A stretch of DNA of 64,000 bases from Kofleriaceae bacterium (GTDB lineage Bacteria; Myxococcota_A; Polyangia; Haliangiales; Haliangiaceae), in NCBI GenBank assembly GCA_965215005.1, contig CBDCCZ010000018.1, positions 160,001 through 224,000 on the forward strand. The letters run 5' to 3'. This document shows positions 23,677 to 33,507 of the stretch, in pieces; the first letter of the stretch is position 1; each line of letters starts with the position of its first letter. Under the pieces are notes generated by a model. The model was not told the origin of the DNA. It did no database searches and saw only the letters and a program-made list of their open reading frames with translations. The translations under genes were made by a program, and so were the position numbers.

Positions 23677-24485
23677 TGCCGTGCCTCTGCGGCAAAGCAG
23701 ATCAGCCGCTGCGGCACCGCAGCAGAAGCGACGAAGCGAACCTCGGCAACGCCTGGCTCGGTTTTGACCGCAAACCGCACCCAGCCATCGTCGACGCCGG
23801 GACTGACCTGCGCGACCTCTTTGCCGCGGACCAACACCTGCAGGTGACCCGGCTGGCGCACGTCGCGGCGGGTGAAGACATCGGCAAGGCCCACGTAGCC
23901 AACCAGCTCGGTACCGAGGCGCGCCTGCGGGTAGGTCACGGTTACCTCGCCACCGGCGGCGGGCACCGCTTTGATGCAGCGGTGCGGCTCGAAGCCGACC
24001 TCCTCGAGAGAAGCGGTTGCCGCGCCGCGCATGCGAGCCTCGCCCGCCGCGGCGACGAAGTCGTAGCTCACCATGGCGGGCGCGCGCTCGAAGCGGCGAA
24101 CCGTGATGCCAGCGATGGATGTTTCGAGCACCGGCGCCAGACCGTGCGTCTCTGCGGCGCGTGCGCCGCCAAGCGAGAGCTCCCAGATGGTGCCGTAGCG
24201 CGCCGCGTCCATGCGCGCTGCCATTTCCATGGGAATACGGTCGCCTAACGCCGCGCGGCCCAGCGGGTCGGTCCATGAGGGCGCAAACACGATCAGCTCG
24301 CCCGGCTCGTGGTTCTGGCGCACGAATGCAGCCGCTTTGGCCCATGCCGCTTCATCGGGGGCCTGGGCGCCGAGCACCCGCAGCACCTCCCAAAGTGCCA
24401 CCACGACCAGCAAAACCGCCGAAGCCGCGCCTATGGGGCCACTCCTTGCCCACTTGCCGCTGCTCTTGTGCGTGGTGCCAGACAC
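23673..24485 (-). CDS. Single-TM hypothetical protein with an extracytoplasmic beta-rich domain, translationally coupled to the GT
   Basis: N-terminal TM; WAKAAAFVRQNHEPGELIVFAP resembles C-terminal soluble domains of GT-C proteins. Confidence 0.55.
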   Translation of the reverse strand: MSGTTHKSSGKWARSGPIGAASAVLLVVVALWEVLRVLGAQAPDEAAWAKAAAFVRQNHEPGELIVFAPSWTDPLGRAALGDRIPMEMAARMDAARYGTIWELSLGGARAAETHGLAPVLETSIAGITVRRFERAPAMVSYDFVAAAGEARMRGAATASLEEVGFEPHRCIKAVPAAGGEVTVTYPQARLGTELVGYVGLADVFTRRDVRQPGHLQVLVRGKEVAQVSPGVDDGWVRFAVKTEPGVAEVRFVASAAVPQRLICFAAEARQ

Positions 24486-24583
24486 GAGCGAACACCGAAG
24501 GTCAATGCGCGGCAGTCGACCGAGGTCGAGACAGAGTGGGCACAGGCTCGAGCAAGACGGCGATGGTATACCATCGCCGCTTC

Positions 24584-25927
24584 ATGAGCTGGCTGCGGCG
24601 GTTTCGCATCCACCTGGCGCTGTTTGTGGTGGCGCTGGTGGTATTTTGCTCCACCGCGGGAACGCGCCTGCTTGAGCAGTCGAGCGACCCGCACTTCGTG
24701 TATCAAGCCGATGCGTGGCTGCACGGGCAGCTCGCCATTACCCCGCCGCCTGCCAAGGGCGACGACTGGGCCAAGGTCGAGACCGTGGTGCTCGACGATG
24801 GCGCCGTGGTGCGCGGCCGCCGCAAAGCGACCACGCCGACGTTTCGCACCCTCGCGGGTGAAGAGCTGCCTCTCACGCGCCTTCAGCGCTCGCTCGGGCA
24901 GGTGCATTATGTGTCGTTTCCACCGTTTCCGGCGCTCCTGCTCGTGCCGCAGGTTCTGATCACTGGCCGGCGCGCCAACGACGTGGCGTTCACGGTGTTG
25001 ATCGCGGCGCTGTGCGCGCCGCTAGCCTTCAGCGTGTTGCAGCGCCTGCGCCGCCAGGGATTGTCAGCGCGCAGCACCGGCGAGAATCTTTGGCTGTGCG
25101 CGGCGCTGCTGGCGGGCTCGGTGATGTTCTTCTCGGCAGTGCAGGGGCGGGTTTGGTTCACCGCCCACATCGTCGGCGTGTTGTTGGCGCTCGGCTACAC
25201 CTGGGCGGCCATCGGCGCCAGCCGTCCGCTTCTCGCTGGGCTGTGCCTAGGCTGCGCCGCCATCACGCGAGCTCCGATGGCGTTCATGTTCCCGCTGTTT
25301 CTCTTCGAGGCGTGGCGCATGAGCGCGGGCCAGTGGAATCCGCTTGCGAAGCGTTTGGCCGCGTTTGCCGCGCCCGTTGTGGTAATCGCCGTCGCGGCCA
25401 TGGCGCACAACGCCGCCCGCTTCGGCAATCCGCTGGAGTTTGGCCACGCATACCTCGATGTCCGGCAACAGGCTCAGATGGAAACCATCGGCATGTTCAG
25501 TTGGGCGTACCTGAGCCGCAACTTGGCGGTGGCGCTCACGCTGCTACCCAGCGTTCACAGCACCGCTCCCTACATCACCATCAGCGGCCACGGGCTGGCA
25601 ATCTGGCTCACCACGCCGGTGCTCCTCTATGTGCTTTGGCCGCGCCGCACCGGGCCGCTGCACCGGGCGCTGTGGGTAACCGTCGCGGCGGTTGCCCTGC
25701 CTTCGCTGCTCTATCAGAACTCCGGGTGGTTTCAGTTTGGCTACCGCTTCAGTCTCGATTACCTGGTGTTCTTGATCGTCTTGCTCGCCATCGGCGGGCG
25801 CCCACTCACCAAGCTTGCCAAGGCCATCATCGTCATCGGCATCGTGATCAACACCTTTGGCGCGCTCACCTTCGCTCGTCAGCCGCAGTTCTATGGCGGT
25901 CAGTACGGTGTGGTCATCGCACATTGA
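24584..25927 (+). CDS. Polytopic membrane protein, probable GT-C superfamily
   Basis: YQADAWLHG, YVSFPPFPALL, NAARFGNPLEFG and GWFQFGYRFSLD motifs; about 10 TMs. Confidence 0.6.
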   Translation: MSWLRRFRIHLALFVVALVVFCSTAGTRLLEQSSDPHFVYQADAWLHGQLAITPPPAKGDDWAKVETVVLDDGAVVRGRRKATTPTFRTLAGEELPLTRLQRSLGQVHYVSFPPFPALLLVPQVLITGRRANDVAFTVLIAALCAPLAFSVLQRLRRQGLSARSTGENLWLCAALLAGSVMFFSAVQGRVWFTAHIVGVLLALGYTWAAIGASRPLLAGLCLGCAAITRAPMAFMFPLFLFEAWRMSAGQWNPLAKRLAAFAAPVVVIAVAAMAHNAARFGNPLEFGHAYLDVRQQAQMETIGMFSWAYLSRNLAVALTLLPSVHSTAPYITISGHGLAIWLTTPVLLYVLWPRRTGPLHRALWVTVAAVALPSLLYQNSGWFQFGYRFSLDYLVFLIVLLAIGGRPLTKLAKAIIVIGIVINTFGALTFARQPQFYGGQYGVVIAH

Positions 25928-25989
25928 CGAACCGCCCGCGGTCGTCGCGGCCATGTTGATGGCCAGCGAAATACGCTAGGATGCAGCTC

Positions 25990-28008
25990 ATGCTGGCCAG
26001 ACGCGTCGTTGCGCTCTCGCCGGACGAGGCGTTTGCCAAGCGCCTGGGCCAAGGACTGATGGCCGCCGGTGCAGCCGTAGAGACTCACGCGACGCTTGCC
26101 ACGCTCGCGCCGGGACCGATCCACGCCTCCTTGGTGGTGGTGCAGGCGGTGGAGACGCTCGCCACCGTAGACGCCGTGGCCCAGCGGCTTGCCGATGATG
26201 CCCGCATCATCGTCGTATCGCCCACCGCGACGCTGGCCGACATCGTTGAGTGCATGCGCGTCGATGCTCGTGTTGTGGCGGTGCTCGATGCCGATAGCCT
26301 CACCGCGCAATCACTTGCCGCTGCCGCGAGCCGCGCGCTCTATGGCGACGTCTTCGGTCTCGAGAAAGTCGTTCCGTGGGGCACCAAGGTGCACTCGGTG
26401 CTGGTCGGCGATTATCAAGAAAAGTCGCTGTGCATCGCGCAGCTCTCCGAGGCCGCCGCGGCCATGGGCATCCGGCGCAAATATCGCGACGCCATCGAGC
26501 AGTGCGCCGACGAGATGCTGATGAACGCGCTCTACGACGCGCCGGTCGATGCCGCGGGCCGGCAGCTATTTGGCGATATTCCCACCAAAACCCGCATCTC
26601 GCTGCGCATGGAGCAGAAGGCGGTGGTGCAGTTCGCGTTCACCGGCGAGAGCTTCGTGCTCTCGGTGCGCGACTCGTTTGGCACCCTGGCGCGCGAGACC
26701 ATGCTGCGGTACCTGCACAAGTGCCTGCACGCCGAGCAGCAGATCGATCGCAAGACCGGTGGCGCAGGACTTGGCCTCTACATCATCGCAAACGCCTGCT
26801 CCGCGTTCTCGTTCAACGAGCTCGAAGGCGTCGCGACCGAGTGCATCTGCCGATTCGACATCACCCAGACCAAGCTGCAACTCGAGGAGTTTGGTTTCTT
26901 TGCCGAGAAGATCGACGCCGCGGCACGGCTCGCGGCCGGTCCCTCGCAGCTGGTCCCGGCGCTGCGAGCCCCCAGTCCTCGCCCGGCCATTGCGCCTTTG
27001 GTTTCGCTGCTGTCGGTGGTCGTGGTGCTGCTCATGGGCTTACTAGGTCTGCTCGCGTACCCACGACTGGCCGCGCCAAGCCGCGCCTCGCTGCGCGTCC
27101 ACACCGACCCCATCGGCGCCGCCGTGGATGTCAACGGTGTGGGCCGCGGCACCACCGGTGGGCAAGGACTGCTGCTAGAGGACCTCGAGCTCGCCCACAG
27201 CTATCGCATCACCGCACGCAAGCCGGGTTTCCGGCCGCGCGAGCAGCTGGTCGAGGCCACCATTGAGCCCACCACGCTGCGACTCGCGCTCCTGCCCGAG
27301 GCCAGTATCCTGGCCGTCGATAGTCGTCCAAAGGGCGCGGCGGTGTTCCGCGGCGATGAGCAGCTGGGTCTCACCCCGCTGTCGGTGACCAGCTTGCCGA
27401 GCAGCACCGAAGTCGAGCTGGTGCTGCGCAAGCCAGGCTATCGCGACCAGCGCTACCGCGCGCGCGTGCCCGGACCGGGCGAGCGCGCCTTCGTCGACCT
27501 CGAGCTGGCGTTGGCCGCAGGTCTCGGAAGCCTCGATTTGACCTCCGAGCCGGCCGGCGCGCAGTTGTATCTCAACGACGAGCTCGTTGCCGGTGCGCTC
27601 ACGCCGATACGCGAGCTGTTGCTCGAGGCCGGGCGTCCGCACCGCGTGCGGCTGGTGCGGAAGGGGTATGCGCCGCGCGAGCTAACGGTCGAGCTCGGCT
27701 CTGGAGAGCACGCGGCGCCGCAGCACGTCGAGCTGCAGCCGCAGGGCGAGCTGATCATTGCCGCCGATCGCCGCGGCGTGGCCAGCGTGGTGGGGGTGCG
27801 GCAATGCCAGCGCAAGCCGCTGCCCATGCGCTGCGTGCTGCCGCATGGGACGTATCAGGTTCGGGTGGTGAGCCCGCGATCGGGTGCGCGACAGGTCTTC
27901 GAGGTCGCGGTGAAGGAGGAGCGCGTGGAGCGGCAGCTTCGCCTGCGGCCACCTCAACGAGGCGAGCAGGCGCGCGGCGCGGGGTCGGTCGCAACACCCC
28001 GGCCGTAA
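25990..28008 (+). CDS. GHKL (RsbW-like) ATPase domain + TM + PEGA repeats
   Basis: DEMLMNALYDA (N box), VRDSFG (G1), GGAGLGL (G2); TM; PEGA repeats TDPIGA, SRPKGA, SEPAGA. Confidence 0.75.
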   Translation: MLARRVVALSPDEAFAKRLGQGLMAAGAAVETHATLATLAPGPIHASLVVVQAVETLATVDAVAQRLADDARIIVVSPTATLADIVECMRVDARVVAVLDADSLTAQSLAAAASRALYGDVFGLEKVVPWGTKVHSVLVGDYQEKSLCIAQLSEAAAAMGIRRKYRDAIEQCADEMLMNALYDAPVDAAGRQLFGDIPTKTRISLRMEQKAVVQFAFTGESFVLSVRDSFGTLARETMLRYLHKCLHAEQQIDRKTGGAGLGLYIIANACSAFSFNELEGVATECICRFDITQTKLQLEEFGFFAEKIDAAARLAAGPSQLVPALRAPSPRPAIAPLVSLLSVVVVLLMGLLGLLAYPRLAAPSRASLRVHTDPIGAAVDVNGVGRGTTGGQGLLLEDLELAHSYRITARKPGFRPREQLVEATIEPTTLRLALLPEASILAVDSRPKGAAVFRGDEQLGLTPLSVTSLPSSTEVELVLRKPGYRDQRYRARVPGPGERAFVDLELALAAGLGSLDLTSEPAGAQLYLNDELVAGALTPIRELLLEAGRPHRVRLVRKGYAPRELTVELGSGEHAAPQHVELQPQGELIIAADRRGVASVVGVRQCQRKPLPMRCVLPHGTYQVRVVSPRSGARQVFEVAVKEERVERQLRLRPPQRGEQARGAGSVATPRP

Positions 28009-28106
28009 ACGTCGGCAACCTCGGTTGCGTCGCCGAGAGCGGCCAGACCAAACGATTACGGATGTTTATGACCGGTCCCAGGAGCCCGCGAGGCTGGTAT
28101 GCTCGT

Positions 28107-29414
28107 ATGGTGCAGTACTGGTTCGCCGTCATGATCGCCGTCGCGAGCGCTTTCGCGCCCGGCGTCGCCGTGGCCGCGGAGGTCGAGTCGGACGTCATGG
28201 CCTATCCGGGCGTTCAGTACACTGTGTATGTCGACCGCTCGATTCCCGCCATCATCCACGTCGTGCGCGCCGACATCAGCTCGAGTGAATTGGTTCTGGA
28301 GGCCACCACCGAGGCGGAGCGAGGCAAAACGCCGTCGCAGGTCGCTGCCGCCAGCGATGCCCAAATCATCATCAACGGGGACTTCTTCAGCCCGCTCGAC
28401 TTTCGTCCCGCGGGGCTGGCGATGGGGGCGACGATGCTTTGGAGCAACACCGCCGATGACACTGCGTCGGGATTCCTTCGGTTCGACCGGCTCGGCGGCC
28501 GGGCCCACGTCACCGTGTCGCCGCCCGCTGATGAAGTCGCCGCAACCGAGCTGCCGCCTGGCACCGAAGGCGTCGTCGGCGGCCGGCCAATGCTCTTGCG
28601 CGCCGGCGCCACCGCTAGCAGCCGAGCGTGCGATGACCCGCTGGCGATGCCGTGCCAGCGCGCGCCGCGATCGGCGGCCGCGGTGTCCAGCGACGGCAAC
28701 ACCTTATGGCTGGTCGTGGTCGATGGTTGGCAGCCGCGGTCGCTCGGCATGACCGCCGCCGAGCTCGGCCGGTTCTTGCAACAGCTCGGCGCCTACGATG
28801 CGCTGATGCTAGACGGTGGCGCCAGCTCGGCGCTCTACATCGGCAATCAAGGCGGCATCGTCAATGCTCCCTCCGACGGCGTCGAGCGCGCGGTGGCCAA
28901 TCATCTGCGACTGCGGTACGGCGCCCTCGAGCCTGGGCAGTTGGTCGGCTTCGTGCGCGCGCGCGACATTTTCGACGCCGAAGCGGCCATCGCTGGCGCC
29001 AACGTTCGGCTCGACGATGGCACCACCACGACGACAGACAGCACCGGACTCTACAACTTCCCGGCCGTCGATCCGCGCTACGCGTGCGTTACCGCAGCGG
29101 CTCCTGGCTATCGCGCTGCAACGGCGTGCAAGCAAGTGTATTCGCAACAAACCACCTATAATTCCGTGGCGCTGTTTCCCGGCACCGACGCGCCCGACGC
29201 CGGCGTTCCTCCCGTCGATGCCGGCGCTTCGAGTGATGCTGCCGGGCCAGTGCTCGGCGACGACGGCGACGAGCCGGGCAGCGCCGGAGCCGATGACAGC
29301 GGTCGTGCGAGCAGCGGCGGGTGCAACTCGAGCGGCCCAAATCAGGGTCTGGCTTGCTTGCTGGTCCTGCTCGCAATCACGCCTCTTTTTCGCCGGACGG
29401 TCGAGCGATTATGA
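28107..29414 (+). CDS. Phosphodiester glycosidase (NAGPA) family protein with carboxypeptidase-regulatory-like domain and MYXO-CTERM-like tail
   Basis: INGDFF, PRSAAA, VVVDGWQ, LDGGASS, ERAVANHL; tail GGC...LLVLL..FRR; start 28107 or 28110. Confidence 0.85.
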   Translation: MVQYWFAVMIAVASAFAPGVAVAAEVESDVMAYPGVQYTVYVDRSIPAIIHVVRADISSSELVLEATTEAERGKTPSQVAAASDAQIIINGDFFSPLDFRPAGLAMGATMLWSNTADDTASGFLRFDRLGGRAHVTVSPPADEVAATELPPGTEGVVGGRPMLLRAGATASSRACDDPLAMPCQRAPRSAAAVSSDGNTLWLVVVDGWQPRSLGMTAAELGRFLQQLGAYDALMLDGGASSALYIGNQGGIVNAPSDGVERAVANHLRLRYGALEPGQLVGFVRARDIFDAEAAIAGANVRLDDGTTTTTDSTGLYNFPAVDPRYACVTAAAPGYRAATACKQVYSQQTTYNSVALFPGTDAPDAGVPPVDAGASSDAAGPVLGDDGDEPGSAGADDSGRASSGGCNSSGPNQGLACLLVLLAITPLFRRTVERL

Positions 29415-30766
29415 GCGCCGCTGACACTCTCGCGACCTCGCTCTACACCGATGCCGCAACCGGACAGCTCTGCGAGCGGCGCTTCAAGCTGGTCGTGGTC
29501 AGCGGCCCCGATGCCGGTAAGGAGCACGCGCTCGAAGGCGGGACGGTGATGATTGGGACCCACCCCAACAACGATGTCGTGCTCACCGACAACACCGTCT
29601 CGCGCTATCACCTCGAGCTACAAGTGCGGCGCGATGGCCTCAAGGTCATCGACCTGCAGAGCACCAACGGAACGCGCCACGGCGACACCAAGCTCGGCAC
29701 CATCGTGCTCACTGAGGGGGCGCGGCTCAGACTGGGCAAGCGGACGGAGCTCGACATCGTCCCCAAGAGCGACGCGGTCGAGCTGACGGCCTATCAGCGG
29801 GACCGCTTCGGCGATGTCCTGGGCGTCTCGCAGCCGATGCAGGCGCTGTTCGCGCTGCTGGACCGCATCGCGCCCACGGAGGCCACGGTGCTTCTACAAG
29901 GAGAGACTGGCTCGGGCAAGGAAGCCATTGCCGAGGCAATTCACCGGCGAAGCGGCCGCGCGGGTGGTCCGTTCGTGGTTGTCGATTGCGGCGCGATTCC
30001 GCACGAGCTCATCGGCTCGGAGCTCTTTGGCCATGCCAAAGGCGCCTATACCGGTGCCTCGAGCGACAAGCAAGGTCTCATCGAAGCGGCCAATGGCGGC
30101 ACGCTCTTTCTCGACGAGATCGGCGAGCTAGCGCTGGATCTGCAGCCGCAGCTGCTGCGGGTTCTCGATAAACGCCAAGTTCGCCGGGTTGGCGAGACGC
30201 GGTCGGTCGAGGTCGACATTCGGGTCATCGCAGCGACCCACCGCGACCTGCGCGCGATGATCGCCGAGGGCGGATTTCGTGAGGATCTCTACTATCGCCT
30301 CGCTGTCGTCCGCACCGAGGTTCCGCCGCTGCGAACGCGTAAAGAGGACATCCCGCAGCTCGCGGCATTCTTTGCCGAGCGCCTCGGACGCGGCGCGTTT
30401 GCGTTGTCCCCAGCGCTGGTGCGGCAGCTCGAGACGCACGACTGGCCGGGCAACGTGCGCGAGCTCCGCAACGTAGTGGAGCGCGCACTCAGCCTCGGAG
30501 ATCCGGGGCTGCCGACTGCGCCTGCGGCGATGTCGAGCAGCGCTTCCCAGGCGACAGCGGCCGATGTTTCGAGCGCTGACATTCTCGAGCGCCCATTCAA
30601 AGAAGCCAAAGCAGACCTCATCGAGTCGTTCGAGCGCGAATACCTAACGGAGCTGCTCAAGAAGCACCGCGGCAACATCTCGCGCGCCGCCAATGAAGCG
30701 GGCATAGACCGCAACTACATCCATCGCCTCATCAAGAAGTACGAGCTCGACGTCGAGCGCCGCTGA
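29411..30766 (+). CDS. FHA-domain sigma-54-dependent transcriptional activator
   Basis: FHA (VSRYH, STNGT); [37 protein letters not shown]; Fis-type HTH. Confidence 0.95.
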   Translation: MSAADTLATSLYTDAATGQLCERRFKLVVVSGPDAGKEHALEGGTVMIGTHPNNDVVLTDNTVSRYHLELQVRRDGLKVIDLQSTNGTRHGDTKLGTIVLTEGARLRLGKRTELDIVPKSDAVELTAYQRDRFGDVLGVSQPMQALFALLDRIAPTEATVLLQGETGSGKEAIAEAIHRRSGRAGGPFVVVDCGAIPHELIGSELFGHAKGAYTGASSDKQGLIEAANGGTLFLDEIGELALDLQPQLLRVLDKRQVRRVGETRSVEVDIRVIAATHRDLRAMIAEGGFREDLYYRLAVVRTEVPPLRTRKEDIPQLAAFFAERLGRGAFALSPALVRQLETHDWPGNVRELRNVVERALSLGDPGLPTAPAAMSSSASQATAADVSSADILERPFKEAKADLIESFEREYLTELLKKHRGNISRAANEAGIDRNYIHRLIKKYELDVERR

Positions 30767-30906
30767 GGCAAAAGCTGCGCGGCTTCGAAACGCGGCCAGG
30801 GCCGCTGCGTCGGCGATCAACGATTGCTGAACGAGGAAGCGGCTGGCTGCTCGAGCGGACGGCAAAGCACCGTGCCCCGCGATGGAGGCACGGTGCCGTC
30901 GGAGCA

Positions 30907-31975
30907 TCAGTCGAGCATCATCAGACGCGGCGCCGGTGCGGTGATGCGGCGAGCGCCCTGGTGCGCGCGAAGGGGACTAGAGAAGCAGATGTCAGGGTTG
31001 GTGGCGGCATTCTCCTCTAAGCAGGCACAGAGCTCGCTATCGGGATTGGCCTCGCACTCGCAGGCGGCAAACGGATTGCCATTGGCATCCACCGCCGTGG
31101 TGCAGTCGACGCAAAAGCCGACGTCGTTGGGCACGTTTTCGGTGCCGCTATAGAACAAGTTGACCTGCGCGCAGGTGAGATTGGCCGAACGGGGAGTATC
31201 GGCGCACGATGGGCCGTCGGCATCATGAGGACTACAGATGACCGCGCAGCTGCCCACCGCCCCGCGATCGACGCCGTCGTAGCCAATGCAGCTTGCGCCC
31301 TCTTCGCAGGTGTTGATGAACTGGCACAGATCACCCTGCTGGCCCGGTGCTTCGCACGCGGTGTCCCATCTCGTCGCGCGGTGGGGCAGTTCGGGGTGAG
31401 GATCGGACTCGGCATCTCCAAGTCAGAAGGCTCGGCCTCGGGCCCGCCCGCAGGTCTGCGTCCAGTTACCGGTTTGCGGCCTGGAGTTGAGGTAGCAAGC
31501 ACCGGTATCGCAGTCCTGCTCGAGAACATCGCAGCTATCGAGACAGATGCCGGTGCCAGGCGCGGTCGTCGAGAGAGGCCCGCAAAGGTTGACGCAGGAC
31601 TGGCCAGGGCCACAGCTATCTGGCGACGTGGTGCAGATGCGTTGGCAGATGCCATCGAAGCAAGCATCGCCGGCGACGCAGTCGTCGTAGCCAACGTCGG
31701 AGTTGGCGGCTCCGGTGCACGTTTCGCCGGTTTGGCGATCACCAGCAGGCACGCAGGCGACGGTGGAGGTTGCCGTTATCGCTAGTGGAAGTGCAGCGCT
31801 GGCCTTCGTCGCACCCGGTTTGATTGACGGGGTCGCAGGCCAGCGTGGTGGCGGCATCGCGGCTGCCACCATCGGCGACTGCAGCGCCACCATCGGGGGC
31901 GGCCGCGTCATCGTCGCCGCACGCGGTGCCAATGACCGCAAAGGAAAGTAACAAGAGCGAAGCTAGTTTTTTCAT
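30907..31975 (-). pseudogene. Cys-rich lipoprotein A, split over several frames (frameshifted or sequencing error)
   Basis: MKKLASLLLLSFAVIGTAC lipoprotein signal; continuous Cys-rich sequence across ORFs 31739..32140, 31423..31941, 31017..31742 and 30907..31257; SD GGGAG. Confidence 0.7.
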
Positions 31976-31997
31976 TACGATTCTCCCTCGAAATCCA

Positions 31998-32016
31998 TTC
32001 GACAGTATACGTCGAA
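31998..32016. promoter_or_regulatory. Palindrome TTCGAC-N7-GTCGAA enclosing a minus-strand -10 box (TATACT); candidate operator
   Basis: Sequence ttcgacagtatacgtcgaa, about 25 nt upstream of ATG 31975. Confidence 0.45.
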
Positions 32017-32231
32017 CACAGCGTTGCACCTGCCGAGACAGCTCGCTCGGCAAGCGACGCTGAGGGTGGAGCAGATAAGACCGCGAGCCGCAGCGTTTAT
32101 TCAGCAGGCTGTGACCGACGCAACGTCGGACCGGCGCCATTTTGGAGCGCGGCGCTCAGGTGCACCTTCTGCCGCCGTTCGGCGATATCGATGAGCCGGA
32201 TGACTTGCGCGCGCAGGACGTCTGCGGCGTG

Positions 32232-33303
32232 CTACCGGGGCGCTAGCAGCGCGTCGAGCTCGAGCACGGCGGCGGGGGGACCAAACGCCGGAGCCGCGGC
32301 ACGCGAGCGAAGCGCGGCGCCGCCGGTGCACTGCGGGTCGACGGGATTGAGGGACGCAACGGCAGGGATGTCGTCGGCCGGGGTCGTCTCCGGGGCCCGG
32401 GGGTGCCGTCGGGGTTGATGGTGCCGGCGGGGGTTTCGACGCAATAGCAGAACGGGCCGCCCATCCAGCGCGGGTCGGCCTGACAGTCGACGCAAAAACC
32501 GATGTTGGCCGGCGTGGTCTCGGAGGCCCCGATATAGAGCAGCGCCTGGCACGAGTTGGTCGCAGCCGCGGTATCGCCGGCGCACTGCGGCTCGGCGCCG
32601 GTGGTGTCGCACAGGCGATAACAATACGCGTCAGGATCGCCCTGTTGGAACCCGATGCACGCGTTGCCGCCGGCGCAGGTGTTGGGCGCATCGCACTGCT
32701 GGCCGTGATTGCTCGGCGCACTGCAGGTCACCTCGTCTTCGCTGGGGCACGCCGGTGGCGTGATCGACTGTGCCGGCACCGACTCGACGCACAGGCCTTT
32801 GCCCTTGTTGAGATCGGCACACAGACGTCAGGGTCCATGCAGTCCCGGGCGAGGAGGTCGCACGCATCGAGACAGAAAACCGGCGTTGCCGAAGTCGGCG
32901 AAATGATCGTTAAACTCGCCGCACAGCGCTGCATCGCCGCACGAGTCGGGCGTGTTCTGACAAATCGTGCGGCAGACGCCGCTTATACAGCCAGTCCCGG
33001 CTTTGCAGTCGTCGTAGCCAGTCTCCGCCGTATAGCCCGCTGGTGCACGCCTCGCCGAGCTCCTTCTCGCCATCGGGCACGCACGCGGTGCGAAACAGCG
33101 TCTCGCCCTCGACCAGATGCGCGCACTTCTCGCCCGATTGGCAGTTGGTCTGGGCCACCGGATTGCAGCCGGCGCTCGAGCCGCCCGCGCCGCCATCGGA
33201 CGTTGGTGCGAATCCCGCCATCGCCTGCGGCACCGCCGTCACCGCCGCAACCAGAGAGGCTGAGCGTTCCAAACCACAATGCGACCAGGACGATGCTTCT
33301 CAT
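32232..33303 (-). pseudogene. Cys-rich lipoprotein B (paralog of A), split over several frames
   Basis: MRSIVLVALWFGTLSLSGC signal; shared motifs CNPVAQTNC, CVPDG, GYDDC, PDSCG, CLDACDLL and GFCVDC spread over about 6 ORF fragments. Confidence 0.7.
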
Positions 33304-33399
33304 CGGCGCAAGACTCCTTTCGCGCCGCCCTTTGCTCGCGCAACCGGCTAAGGACGATTTGCGACAGCGATGGCAACAGCGACAAAAACCGAACAATCT

Positions 33400-33429
33400 A
33401 CTATAGAGGCCCCCAGAATTGCCGGTCAA
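33400..33429 (-). promoter_or_regulatory. Sigma70-type promoter for lipoprotein B
   Basis: TTGACC-N18-TATAGT on the minus strand; AAGGAG SD before ATG 33303. Confidence 0.55.
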
Positions 33430-33507
33430 TTGGCGTTTTTTCGCCCACGTCGGCGCGCTCTTCCCGACCCCTGCCGGGGGAGACCAACCGAAGCGCCGCG
33501 CCGCAGG

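Noticed and set aside
21991..24345. ORF-track N-terminal extensions (also 10330, 24119, 27804, 37462, 47595, 50999)
   Set aside because: They overlap neighbouring genes or read as non-protein-like; downstream starts with stop/start overlaps, SD or -10 signals fit better
30907..33303. Programmed frameshifting or a diversity-generating retroelement as the cause of the fragmentation
   Set aside because: No reverse transcriptase or near-identical TR/VR repeat; unrelated genes nearby show the same kind of breaks
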